Positions 1 through 13,300 of a stretch of 64,000 nucleotides of DNA are shown here, piece by piece. Position 1 is the first letter of the stretch. Each line of letters starts with the position of its first letter. The notes under the pieces are model-generated. The model was not told the origin of the DNA, ran no database searches, and worked only from the letters and a program-made list of their open reading frames with translations. Position numbers and translations under genes: made by a program. The stretch is from Bilabrum cf. latius (lineage: Eukaryota). Where the stretch lies: positions 868,001 through 932,000 of the forward strand of contig OZ237737.1 of assembly GCA_965178125.1 (NCBI GenBank), in the 5' to 3' direction.

Positions 1-3000
1 GGTGGCGTGCAGCCAGGCTGCCATGACGAACAACTTCGTGGGCTTCAGCTCAAGCGACTGCGATGCCACCATCACCATGGACTCTGCCACCTCCGGCATG
101 GCTCGCATCACGGTGGATGCTCCTCGCGGCCAGGGCGCATACGATGAGCTGGTGCTGGTGGTGGACCACGGCCTGGGCCACGACTCTGACCCTGTGCGCT
201 TCAAGTACGAGATGCCTATGATCTCGAGCGTGGTGCTGGCCACGGAAGATGCCGGGGATGTGGAGCAGTCCATGTTCGGATCTCTGGGAGCCCGCGATGT
301 GGAGGTGGGCCAGGACAGTCAGGGCAACCCCTTCACGAACGGATACCGCATGCCCACCACTGGCATCGACCTGGATGACCAGCACTACCAGGCTCTGGAC
401 AGGTATGGCGTCAAGGCAGATCTGTGGATCGTGATCCGCGGGTCTGGTCTCGGCCAGTACCACCCCCTGGTGTACCCCGTGGACGAGTCCGCGCGCGTGT
501 ACATCGGGCGCAACGATGCCGCCGGCGAGATAGAGGTGGACAGCATGTACGTGGTGCGCGACATCACGACTGAGGGCGCGGGTGAGTCTCTGATCGCCGT
601 GCCTCTGCCCGAGGGCGGTGGTGCCGACTACTACGTGCGCGTGGTGGTAGCAGGCCAGGAGTCCAACGTCTACACGGGTGCGTTCAGCTATGCCCGGCCC
701 GTGATCCAGTCTGTGGAGGTGATCACGTCTGCCATGAGCGATGGCTCGCTGCCCGCCGTGTCGAGCAACTCCCTGACTGTGTCTGCTCAGACCCTGTCTT
801 TCAGTAGCTCTGGCGGATTCCTGGAGGCGCCCCCCACGGGAGGTGCTGTGGTGCGCATCCGTGGGCGCAACTTCGGCCGCCAGGTGCTTGCCCAGGCTGA
901 CTCGCAGGGCCGCGAGACCGGCAAGGTGCAGTGCGCGTTCCTGAGCCACATCGACCCTCCCCCGAGCTGGGTGCCTACCTCTGGTGCCAGGCCCATCCCC
1001 ACGTGCGATGGTGCCGAGACGTACATGGGCGAGGGCGAGGCCTTCACGAACAGCACTGACCCGTCTAGCCCGAGTCCCCAGTCCGTGACGTGGAGCCACA
1101 CGACCGTGGAGATGACCATCCCCGAGGGCATCGGATACCGTGTGGTGCTGCTGGCCGCTCGTGGTGGCGCACTGGCCTCTCTGGAGCCGCAGGCATCGAC
1201 CTTCACTCCTTCGGGTGTGATCATCCCTGGATGGAACGATCCAGACACGACACCTGCCTTGGTGCCCCGCGCCGTGCCTCTGCGGTTCGCGCCTCCTCAG
1301 CTGAGCGGTCTGACGTACTACGTGCCCGAGGGCGAGGCCACTGGCGAGGACGTGGGCGAGGATGCACTGACTCGCATGAGCGCCGCACATACTCGCGGAT
1401 CGACCGTGGTGCTGGAGGGCCGCAGCTTCGGCCCCGACACCGTACTGGACGAGCTGACCAACTCGGAGACCGAGGACGTGTTCCAGGAGCTGGCCCAGCC
1501 GCGCAGCCTGCCTCTGGGTGCCGCGCACCGTGCGCCCATGGACCATGTGCGTGTGCTTGTCGGTGGTGGCTGCCGCACGGACAGCATGGAGTGGTCTGCG
1601 ACGAGTGTGGACGTGCGCCGCGACGTGGTGGACGGGCTGATCCCTGCCCATTGGGCTGCCGAGGACGAGGTGATCCAGGAGGTGCGCAGCTGCATGCCTC
1701 GTGGCGTGGAGGAGCGCACTGACACGAGCATGCGTGTGGTTGTGCCGCCTGGTGTGGGAGCCAGCAAGCAGGTGTCTGTGGAGGTGGTGCGCGCTGCACC
1801 TCTCCGCCTGAGTCCGTCTCTGGTGGTGCCCATGTCGCAGGCACCCCCCCTGTCGTCGTCCAGCTCTGGCTCATCCATGGTGACGTACGAGTACCGTGAC
1901 CCGGAGCCTACCCGTGTGGATCCTGGCTACATGTACATCACGAACTCTGCCCAGATCGGAGCCGCTGCCGAGCCCGAGGACATCGTGGTGTTCGGACGGT
2001 ATCTGGGCCGCTTCGAGGACGAGCGGTCTGTGCGCAGGCCTGCGAACGATTCGTTCCAAAACGTGCGGTACGTGCAGGACGGTTGGAACCTGGAGCTGGC
2101 CATCAACGTGACCAGCATGTACACTCAGGACGACCTTGAGTTCGACATCGGTGCGCCTGAGGGCGAGGCAGCCGAGGGCAGGCGTCTGCAGGTGACCGAG
2201 AACGCCACGCTGGCGATGCACGTGAACTGCTCCGACGTGGTGGCCCGTGTGGAGAAGGGCCAGGGAGGCCGCGGGCAGCCCGAGGCGTGGGAGGATGCCA
2301 TCCGGTGCCCCACGCTTCGTACCGACCTGCTGACCGCCGGTCCCAAGGCTGTGAGCGTGCGCGTTGGCTCGCTGGAGGGCGAGCTGTCGGCCGAGAGCTC
2401 GAACAAGCTGATCGTGGGCTGCGACTTTGGGTACTTCGGTGGTGTGGGCGAGACGTGCCTGCAGTGCCCTGTGACCCGTCAGGGCGAGATGGTGGGTGCC
2501 ATGTGCGCCGGCTACGACTCTGAGACTGACTCGCACACGTACCCGGTGTCTCGCCGTGGCTGGTACGACCTGAAGACCCCTGATGAGCTGTCCATCTGCC
2601 CCGTGACTGGCGGGCAGCGCGGCGATGAGGTGGCTCGTGGTGTGTGCGTCGTACCTTGCGTGCCCGCCGAGGCTTGCATGGGCGACAACACGTGCGCCGA
2701 GGGCTACGAGTCTAAGGCTCCTTCGTTCAGGTGCGCCGCGTGCGCCGAGGGCTACTACAAGAAGGCCGGCGTGTGCGCCAAGTGCCCCGACAACCCGTGG
2801 GTGGTGATCGTGGCGTTCATCATCGCTGCTGCCTGCGCCGGTGGCATGGGTCTGTGGCTGAACTCGACCAACATCAACATCGCCATCCTGTCGATCGGTG
2901 TGGACTGGTTCCAGGTGGTGTCTCTGTTCGCCAACGCCCGCATCAAGTACCCGCCTGTGCTGGACGACCTGCTGACGTACATGTCTGCGTTCAACCTGAA

Positions 3001-4867
3001 CATCTCCCTTGCCGTGCCCGAGTGCATCAGCCCGAACGTCGGGTGGGAGCAGAAGTTCTACTTCACCATCGCATTCCCGCTGGCCGTTGGCGTCATGCTG
3101 TTCCTTGCTTTCGCCAGCTTCGCGCTGTACAAGTACCTGGTGCTGGGCCGCAGCGACAAGCACTCTACTTTCTCGCATGTGAACAAGCTGATCTCTGGCG
3201 GCATCATCGTGTGCTACTTCCTGTACCTGTTCGTGACTGCCACGCTGATGGAGGCGCTGAACTGCATCAAGGTGGACGACTCGGATCCGAACACGTACAT
3301 GCTGGTGGGTGACCTGGAGCCATGCTACGAGCCCGGGGGGCTGCACATGCGTGTGTTCCCTATCGCCATTGTGTTCATGCTGCTGTACACGTTCGGCTAC
3401 CCCGCCATCCTGGGCTACGTGCTGTGGAGCAACCGGGAGCGCATCATGGAGGACCAGCTGCTGCGCGCCAAGGGCCTGGGGTACGACCGCATCAGCAACC
3501 CCCGCGCGTACGATCTTCGCAGGTCGATCGAGCGGTCGTACTTCGCGTTCCGTCCCGAGTACGCCGCCGGCACGATGGGCTTCAACTCTTGGATCGTGGT
3601 GATCCTGGCCCGCAAGGCACTGATCGCCATCACTTCGCTTGTGTGGGCGAACAACTCGTCGCTGCAGCTGTCCGTGAGTCTGCTTGTGCTGCTGTGCGCG
3701 TACGCCATGCAGGTGTACCACCAGCCGTACATGGCCCCTGCCGACCGCGAGGAGACTCTGCGCCATACCATGATCCTGGCCCTGGAGGACGAGCACAGCA
3801 TCTGGGCCAAGCTGCAGAAGAACGTGAAGGAGGTGGAGAAGCGCCTGCAGAAGACCGGGCAGAAGACCGACTGGTCGCGCCCGAACCAGTCCGTGCGATA
3901 CTCGAACCCCGTGGCCCAGGCCATGGGCTCCGTGGCCGTGGGCATGTTCTCGTGGAACACGCTGGAGTCGGGCCTGCTGTTCTCTGCTCTGCTGATCAAC
4001 CTGTCCGGCATCTGCTTCAACGCGATCCAGACTCAGTGCGAGATCGAGAACAACTGCGACTTCTTCCAGCCTCAGGTGGACACTCTGCTTGGCCTGGTGC
4101 TGACGCTGATCTTCACGTCCATCTTCTACTTCATCTTCGTGCTGGTGACGGAGATCTCATACATGTACCAGGAGGAGATGGTGCGCCGCGGCAAGATGCG
4201 GCCGGACGAGCTTTAGACGCTGCCCGAGCAGATCATGGTGTGCTGCGGCTGCGCCGACGAGAACGCGCAGGCTCTGCTGGTGAAGCAGCGCAACATGAAG
4301 AACTCCAAGAAGGGCTCCTCCAAGCGCAAGCTCGTGGCCGATGCACTCGAGGCGCAGGAGGGCGAGCCCGCGGACGCCGACATGTCCGCCAACCCGATCT
4401 TCAAGCGCCTGGCCGAGAACGCCGAGAAGGACGCCGCCGCCAAGAAGGAGGACGCGGAAGACGGGCCCGTGATCGAGGAGATCCCCGACGCGGATGGGCG
4501 CGGCGTGACCGAGGCGGAGGCCCAGGAGATCCGGGAGCGCGCCCAGGTGGTGCTGCAGATGCGCAACCCGCCGAGCGGCGCATCGTGGGAGCAGATCCGC
4601 AGCAACTACGTGAACCTGTCCAAGCACATCGAGGAGCTGGCCCGTCAGATGCGCCGCGCAGGCGTGCAGGGACGGCGCGGATCGAGCTTGGAGACAGCCG
4701 CGGCAGGTGCTCGCCGCGGCCGCGCCGGAGGCAGGCGCGTCGGTGGCGGTGCTCGCGGTGGGGAGGGACGCAAGGCCTTTGGCCAGATGCAGACCACCTC
4801 CACCAGCGGGGCCACTGCTGACGGCGGCATGGTGAACCCCATGGCTGCCAAGAAGGGGGGCAAGTGA
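1..4867 (+). CDS. Giant IPT/TIG-cadherin 9-TM surface protein, copy 1 (5'-truncated by window edge; one in-frame TAG at 4214-4216)
   Basis: ORFs 2..4216 and 4235..4867 are in the same frame and separated only by TAG, where copy 2 has CAG (22576-22578). Ends TGA 4865-4867. Near-identical to 18363..23229 at a constant offset of 18362. Contains IPT-like GxNFG repeats, a Cys-rich stalk and nine hydrophobic segments. Confidence 0.93.
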
Positions 4868-5455
4868 GTTGAGTGCTTGTCCCGGTGCTGGCTGAGATCG
4901 ATTGGGCGCTTTGCGCTTGATCGTCGCAGCTGGGCATCAAAACCGAGGAGCGGCTAGCGTCATTGACGTTGAGCGGAGGTAGTACGACAGCGCTTGGTGA
5001 ATCAATTGCTTTATTGCTATCGGGCGTGTGTCCGATGCAGTGATCGCGATCGCCTAGAGTTGCCTGGAATCCTTTAGCTCGCGTCGGAGAATGACGCTGG
5101 CCGCCAGATGCATCCATTTTGTGTTCTGTTAGGACAGGTTTGTGGAATGCTTTGAATGTCTTGCTTGCATACTGGTACGATTTTTTGTCTTTCGAACACA
5201 TCGTGGATCGCACAAGCATTAATCCGCTACTGAAAACACTTTATCAGGGAAAAGCATAACGAGGAGCCAGAATAGCTGATTACTAGAATTTTTGTCTGGT
5301 TATATGTGGGTGTTTTGATTCAGTCGAATCCCGAGCCGTGGAGGCGCAGCCGCGGCTGCGAGGCCGGAACATAGTTGGGACAGCAGAGCAAGGCCGGGTC
5401 CGTTAGCACTAGACCGGTCTTTAACAAATACCACAGTACAAGGTATCATACTTTA

Positions 5456-8400
5456 ATGCAAATTCCTGAAACGCACGCAGCCTTCGCTGTCACATTTCTG
5501 CTGGTGGTGCTGTAGTCCAGTGACGTATTCGGTGCACCATCGATGGCATCCGCCGTGCTGAGCGGGAAACAGTCTGGTTCCATGCATGCTGTTGAGACTA
5601 TCATTTTGGGTGGCGGTCCAGCAGGCGTACAGTAGGCATTCTATATGCATGCGTCGTCGCGTTCCTATATGCTACTTGAAAAGCAACAGCACCTTGCATG
5701 GTTTTTCAGCCACTATCCAAAGTTTAGGAAGCTGATTAGCATAAACAAGAGATACACGACACGTGAGGAACCTGAATTTGAGCTTCGCCACGACTGGAAC
5801 TCGCTGCTGCAAGACTTACCAGTTGGCACTAACCGGCATGAGCGTAATCGTTCCGAGCCAGTGCTCAGCCAAACGTTCAGTTTTAGTGACGGTTAGAAGC
5901 GCTTGGAATCTCTTCTTCACGATGGAAGTATGGGCCAGCTAGAGGTTGGATCCGATCACTCAGCAGCCTTCGAAGCAGCAGGAGTCCCACTGCTTTGGAA
6001 TGGATCCTCAATCAATGGCCAAGCTGCGCCTCGTGTACTGATGAGACACATGAGCAAGGAGTTTTACCCTCACGCTGATGATATGGCACGATACATCTAG
6101 CTGTTTGCAGAGCGATACCGTCTGAATGTGGCCTACGGTGCCAGCGTTGAATCAGTCGCGAGCCTCCACGGGCAAGCAGCAACTGCGGCGCGAGACCAAG
6201 CACGCCTCGATTGGATGCCTCGGTTTGAGCTTCTCCTTGAGAACGGCTCGGCGGCATCCTTCCCCAATGACCCCGGTATCACGCCGACCATCCGGAGGTT
6301 CGTCTGTAGGCACCTGGTGGTCGCAACCGGACTGAGCGAAGGCCACCTGAGCCCCGCCCACTCGGGACTGGCCAAGCACGGCACCCGGTACGACGAGCTT
6401 AGCAGCAACCCTGACGAAGAATTCGAAGGGAAGCGCATTCTCATCGTTGGCCGCGGCAACGCAGCCTTCGAGGTGGCCGACAACGCCCTCCGTCGAGCGA
6501 GGCAGGTGCACGTGCTCGGCCGCAAGACAGGAAGGGTCAGGCTCGCGTGGGAAACGCACTACCCGGGGGATGTGAGGATGACTCACGCGGCGCTACTCGA
6601 GACGTACATGCTCAAGAGCCAGGACGGCATGCTGGAGGCCAGCAGCAGCAGCGGTGCAGTGCTGTGCAGGGACGATGCCACTGGGCTGCTCACTTTAGAC
6701 GAGAGGGGCTCGTGCGCCCATCATGACTCGCAGGGAGACCTGAAGCAGTACGACAAGGTTGTTCTGTGCTTGGGCTGGCGATTTCAAGAGGATCCTTTCA
6801 GGCGCGGTGGGATGAGGCTTGGGATGGGAGGGCAGGTCGGCTGGAAGCGGCGGCAGGTACTTGCCCGAGCGATGCGGAACGAGGGGAGGGGACCAGCCCT
6901 GCTTGATTCTGCCGCGAGCGATCCGCTCAACCTGCTGTCCCGGCGCCGTGGGTCTTTGGTAGGGTAGCAGCAATCAAACAGCGAGATGAGCGCAAGAGAC
7001 GGTAGCCATGAGGCTACAACCGGCGCCTCGGGTGTGCATGAGGACGACGATATGCATGGTACGGGCACCGAGCTTGACGATGATGCAAGCACTCACCACG
7101 CAGATGCACGTATTGCGTTCGACGGACGCGGCCTGGTCTGGCGCTCGCCACAGGGACGGCAAAAGTACCCCCCTATCGTGCCTCATGGCAAGTACCCTAC
7201 TATGGACGGTGTGTTCAGGAGCCCGAAATACGCTGGCCTCCGGTATGCTGGCACTCTGATGCACGCGGGAGACTGGAGGGTTGCAAGCGGTGGGTTTGTT
7301 CACGGGTTCAGGTATTTGATTCGGGCTCAGGACCGGGTCATGCAGGAGGAAGCAGAGCACTCGCCGCAGGCGTGGCCTCGCATGCGTCTGCAAGGGTTCG
7401 ACTCCATACTGTATGCAATTAAGCGAAGGCTGCTTGTGGGTTCTGGCCTGTATCAGATGTTTGGTCAGCTGCAAGATGTCGTGCTCCTTGACCTTGACAG
7501 CCAGCTGTGGGGCGGCCCAGCCAATGCATGGGACGGACCGCCCAAGGACGCAGAAGCGATCCTGCAGCTTCTCGCCGAGGGGCGCTATCCTGACAGTGAG
7601 GACGAATCCCTTAGCAGTGTTGGTCAGGTATGTCGCCCTGAGATCGCGAGCCAGCTGTTGCAACACTTGCGCGGCACTCTGAAGCCGTCACCTGCCTCAA
7701 TGGGTGGTTGGACGGACGATGTGGAGGAGGATGGGAAAAGTCGCAAGCCTGAGCCGGACAAGGCCTCTGTCTGGGACCCCAGCCATCACGACACTCCCGA
7801 ATATCTGGCAAGGATGCCAAGCGACTTGTAGCGCGCAGCTGGAGGGTTCTTGTTCGAGGAGGTGCCCGTGCGATAGCTGCACCTGCTCGCCAGGAGGTGG
7901 TCCTTCCAACTGCAGGCGTGCGCGAGAGCAGTCTCGTGCGGCAGTGCGGCGGGAGCTGAGGGCTAGGTGTCCTGCAAGCGGAGCGGCCCTTCTCCAGACG
8001 GGCATTCCGTGTACGCGTCCGTCTCACTCGAATACGGGAGTGGCGCGAAACGGTAGAGCGCAGCAGCCGATTAGTCGGACGTGTTCTCTCTGCACCGGGC
8101 CACATTTAGCCATGATGACGCTACTATGGGCCGTTTCCTGCACCCTGTAGTCCGCGTGTTTGTCTCAGGACACCACACGCACGGTTTCACAGGCGACTAC
8201 CATCGCAGCCCACATGGTGACGTGCTCCGTATGGCTCGAAGGCGCGCTGAAGGAGAGCTGTTTGGCATACGACACGACGACAGAGAGGACACCGCCTGGC
8301 AGCAGGGCGATCGCGATAAGCCAGCTGCGTCTACCAGCTTCCCGCCACCCGTTTCTGATGCTCCCTTGCTTGTGGCAGAGGTGCACGTGTCTGAGGATTT

Positions 8401-10186
8401 CAACGCGGAGTTCGTTCACATGGAGCCCTACGGCATGCAGATCGCGAGAGCGATACATGCAGGCGTGTCAACGCTGGTCAAGTCAGCAGCAGCCGCGAGG
8501 GTCGGAGAGATTGGCGCCGGGCTAGCTGCAGCCAAGATGGTGCAACATGTCCTGAACAATTAGCTGCGAAAGCAATTGCTGCCTCTTTTGGGCGGCGGTG
8601 TGGAGCTGACAGAAGGAGACACAGCCAGCACCGGAGCAGGCGTATTGGAGGGCACTACTAGCGGAAGGACGCCGTTGATGGATGCAGGTCCTCTCGGCAT
8701 TATGTCAGGGCTAGCGGCTGCAAGCGATGCAAGCCTGGTTCTTGCAGGTGCACTGCTTGATGGCTCTTCTCCTAGGCACCTCGAATCGTCAAGGGCAGCT
8801 GCCTACGACGCTTCGAGGTCGGTGGGAGCCGTGCTTCGAAGGTCCATGCAGCGCTTCGAGTGGTCCGTGAGGAGGCATTTACTGCCCGACCTGGCAAGGC
8901 GGCTTCCGGCTCATTTGCTGCCCCCTTCGCTGCCTGGCATCGATGATATCGCGCAGGACCACGCAAGCGGTGACGGGATGCCTGCACATGCAGGGGGGCA
9001 CTCCACGGGTGGTGACCCGCACGAGAACGGCCTGGAGGAAGCGAGAGAGGCGTTGTATGTAGCTGTGCAGCACGAAAAGGCAAAGGAAGAAGAAATTCGC
9101 GGAAGCAGTCCGAGTCGCCGTGGTAGAGGTGAATCGCATGACCACAACCAGTTGCGCTACCCTGATGATGACCGGTACGATGAGTATCCCGCCGACGCCC
9201 CTGCCACACTGGACCGCGAGCTGCATGATGTGGACCGCGTCTGGAGCCGCCCGCCCAACTGGACCCTCTCTGGCAGCCATAGCGACGGTGGTCCTGGCTT
9301 TGGCATGGGACGCGGGCGCACGCGATCGCAGCTTCATCGGCCGGAGCAGGTGCACGTGCCCTCAATGTCGCGGGACTGGCTCGCAGGGGAGTTGGCGGCC
9401 GACTGGCTCAGCTGCGCCCTGAGGCATAGCCTGGCGGCTGTTTTGTGGGCGGAGGTGGGAGTGCATCGCACGAACGTGTCGATCACGCCGGACCTCCGTT
9501 GGGCTGCCACAGGTGACGGCGGCAGCATCTCCCGCCCTGTGCAGGACCTTCTCCAGGGACTGTGGCCCTCAAGTGGGACGCAGCTGCATGTGTGGCTTAA
9601 TGAACCCTTGGACTACTCGTCGTTCAACCAGGGTGCGCGGGGGCTGGCGGCTCTGGAGGAGTCCATCCACTCGATGAGGCTCGGCCCCGCGGGCGAGCAT
9701 GAGGCTTTGGAGCAGCTGCTCGAGCTGATCCGTGCGGCGTCAGGGGTGCCCGTGGTCATAACTTCGCGGCATGCTTTGCATACGTGTCCGTAGTACCCCT
9801 TCAAGCCCCCTTCTGCAACGAGGGATGCGGAGCTTTCAGGCAACGGGCGGCCTGCGGATGTTAGCCGGTTTGCGGTCCGACTTGTTGACTTGTGGCAGCC
9901 TTGGCCTGCCAGTGGCACAGATGGAGCGTGTAGCAACATGGAAAGACGTACTGGGCGTGCGGCCACGGATGAATATATCGTGGAGGATGCGTCTTTGGCC
10001 CCCGCTCACGGCGTTGGACCCGACCACGGAGTACCGGACCATGGGGCTCCGGTGGTGAACCCAGCGGGCGCACACCATGGCGCACACCAAAGCGGCTGCG
10101 CAATTAGCCGAAATTTATTGCATGAGCGGGTATGGACAGGGCCCATTGAAGCAATGCGGCTTTTTCGTCAGCAAATCCGGAGCTGA
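5456..10186 (+). CDS. FOXRED2: FOXRED2-like FAD-dependent oxidoreductase with N-terminal hydrophobic leader and long C-terminal extension (1576 aa if TAG=Gln)
   Basis: One frame from ATG 5456 to TGA 10184-10186 with 12 in-frame TAG and no TAA/TGA. Motifs IILGGGPAG, YPKFRKLISINKRYT, LRHDWNSLL, ILIVGRGNAAFE, WETHYPGDVR, GGFVHGFRY, SGLYQMFG and FLHPV match FOXRED2/ERFAD motifs as I recall them. Confidence 0.88.
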
Positions 10187-10381
10187 AATAATATTGCGAC
10201 CAATTGTATCTTGATCCGATCCGTAAATTTTCAGCGCAAATCGGGCAAGAAACATTTCTCGGCCACCTTTGGTTGTCGTGAGCGCGGTTCTTCGCTGCGT
10301 TTTCGCTTCTTTGGGTAGTTTGTTTATAAACAGGTCAAGTACCTTGGCTTGATCCCCTTGAAAAGCTTCAGTTTCTGCTCA

Positions 10382-13300
10382 ATGCTGAGAATGACTGCTG
10401 GACTTGCGCTCGCCGCCACGCTAGTGGCGGCTGCGTTCGCTCAGCTTGTCCCTGACAAGGCTTTAGGAAGCAAAATGGTTGATTTTTGGGACAGTGAGGA
10501 CGTTAACGGCTTTCAACGCTCTGAAAATTGGGTATTTGCTGCGAGAATCGCGAGTTTTTGTTGCATCGGAACTTGAGTCTGCACACAAAGCGTACGCGCC
10601 GATTGCATCTCCACCCGCTTTCGCGACAAATTTCGCAGCGACGAAGTTCTCCAAGACTAGTACCCAGTATCCGTCCACTTGGAAGAGCTGGAGGGGGCGC
10701 ACTATGTCTTAGGTGAGTAAATTGCCCCGAATGAGATGCATCTCAGCGCTCCGCAACATCGCTTACGGCCATGGTGGTGCTTTCCTTGCCATTTGTGTCG
10801 CAGTCGAACTCCCGCAATCGCCCCCGCACCTACACGCGTCGTTTAAACTGCCAACCGTAAGTTATTTGTGCTGGGATAGCCGAAAGTCTTGCGTAATTTT
10901 GCCACAGGGCCTCAAGTGTACCAATGTTCTTGTGGACGTCACGGTCTGTTTTGACTTTTCACCGACGCATGAGACGAATGGTTTTATAATAATTTGAATC
11001 AATTATCAATTTTTATCTCGCTCGCAGGGGCATGTTTTTCGACTGGTCTGGCAACAAGTTCATGACCGCTACGAGCGACAACCAACTTGATCTCTACGGG
11101 TCTGGCACTCAAGTGAGAGTAGTCTCTTGAGCAGCTTAGCTCAATGAAAGCCTATATACATGTATAGCTCACATGGAATGTTTCCTGCCGGCTTACACTC
11201 GCAGGGGCACATCATCTATGTGGTCGGAAGCTCGTGGTACTCCACTACGCGAGGCACCATGCTGCGCAAGGGCCAGCCTGTTGGTGCTCGACGCACCTAC
11301 TGGGAGATGTTCCAGCAGCTCTCGACATCTAGCCAGCGTTTTGGCTTCGTGGCGTCCTCTGCCTACACAACTAATTCGCGTTACACGGGTGCCCAGACCC
11401 TGCCCAACTCCCCAAGCTCGGTACAGTACCATGTGTACATGGGCAGGATTTGGGTGCGCCAGTACACCGGCGGAGTGAGATGAGCTCAAGCACATCCCAG
11501 CGCTTTTTCCATTTTGTTGCTTTTTAACGCACTTGAAACTACTTGATGCCCGTCCGTCCTTCTCGCAGAGGCGGTACACGTACATTTACGCCGAGATCGA
11601 TTTCAGCACGTCCGGCCTCCAGTACGGTGGCGTTGACTACGCCGGAAGCTACTACTACTACATCTACCAGCCGTCAGCATCTACCACAGACCAAGCACGC
11701 ACTATCTCAAGCGGTAGCTCGTACCCTCTGCAGGTGGGCGCGTCCTACCGCGGGTTCGAGGGTCTCATGATGGAGTTCGGGATCATGAACTCGTCGTCCA
11801 GCACTGATGAGAACCGGCTGCGCTCGTACCTCGGCACCAAGTGGGGCACCGGAGGCTGCCCTCCTGCCAACTCGGTCGAGAATGGGCATGGTGTCATCGC
11901 TACTACTAGCTCGGACTACTACTGCCGAGTGCCATTCGAGAACAGGGACTGCTCTCAGGCGTGCGCGTCTGGCAAGGGAAAGCCCGTGGGTGGAGTGGCT
12001 ACCAAGACATGCCAAGACTCCCAGTGGACCTCCCACGACCTGATCTGCGAGAACACTTGCGAGATGACCGAGGGTCCCGCCTTCACTGCCGGCTGCTACC
12101 GCACCGTGGTGTCGGCCGACTTCAACGGCAATGACGTGCTAAATGGCCCAATGCGCACCTTCCGCCTGTTCCCTCGGACCAGTTCTGCCCTGACTGCCGC
12201 ATACATGTCTGCCTCTTCCGACGGCCGACTGAAGATGGACCCTAGGCAGTGCACTTACACCACCGTCTACTACGCCGAGGACAACCCAGCGTGGCTTGAC
12301 ACCGGCGACAGCCAGCAGACTGTGACCGTGGAGGCCACCATGCAGCTCGAATACGGCTACGGTGGCCTTGCATTCAAGATGACCGATGAGCGCACCATGA
12401 TGCGCGTGCAGTATACCTACTACGGGTCCACCTGGTGGTACCTTTACCTGATCATGCAGGTCGGTGGCAGGTACACGTATCTCGGCAGCATCTACTACTA
12501 CACTCGTGATAAGCCCCCGATCTACGTGCCCCAGCGCATTGCCGATGCTCGCTTCAATGGCTACCGCAACATCACATTCGAGCAGTTCTTCGACGACGCC
12601 AAGGAGCAGGCTCGCCTCGCTGGTCACGGCAACCGCCACGCTGAGTTCATCATCCGTGCCCGCGTGAAGGCCCAGAACGTCAAGGTGTGGCTGCTGCCCC
12701 TTGATGCCACCCACGGCATGGCCAAGGAGGGCGCCACCTCGGACACCCACGAGGTGCGCAACGACATCGACAGGTACTACGGATATGATGGGCAGTTCTC
12801 GCCGCTGTGGGGACCTCAGAATGGGCTTAGGAACAAGGATGGTGACGATACACCCGACAAGATCTTTACGGCCAACGAGGAAGAGACCCTGGACGACACG
12901 AAGCCTTTGTGGGAGTTCAACCGCAACGACATCCAGGCTGGTACTGCCGGCATGTACGTGTACGGCACTGCCTACTTCGACAACTATCGCGTCTCGACGT
13001 CATGCGGTGCCGGCAAGTCATGCCTGAATGTGCGAGGGTACAAGGGCAACGGGTGCACGTGGGGCTGCGCCGAGGGCTTCCTGCCCAAGAACGTGTCCGA
13101 GCAGAGCGCCATGTGCAACCATGAGGGCAACGGAGAGGTGGCCTGGTCGAGCCAGGGCGTTAACTGCAAGCTGATCCCGCCCACCTTTGACTCCAACCAC
13201 CCGCCGCTTGAGGTCCGCGAGGACGCCACCGCAGACACCCCGATCGGGCTGCCCATCGCTGATTCCGTGACTACCAATGCATCCGATGCTATCACGCTCA

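Noticed and set aside
1871-3796. Long antisense and alternate-frame ORFs over the triplicated gene (also 14803-17112, 20233-22158, 50893-52632, 3322-4821)
   Set aside because: Expected shadows of strong GC3 codon bias. The translations are His/Arg/Ala-rich without motifs, and their boundaries vary between copies.
4868-5455. Suppressor tRNA(CUA) or other ncRNA in intergenic gaps (also 23230-23729, 50102-50652, 63461-63916)
   Set aside because: No cloverleaf with a convincing T-arm and D-arm was recognised by eye. tRNAscan-SE would be needed to exclude one.
5633-5635. TAG as Leu/Met (GPAGVQ-TAG-AFY, where FOXRED2 homologs usually have a hydrophobic residue, from memory) or as Glu (54190 pairs with GAG)
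   Set aside because: Single sites, outweighed by four paralog pairs and several repeat columns pointing to Gln. Kept as a caveat until a genome-wide test is run.
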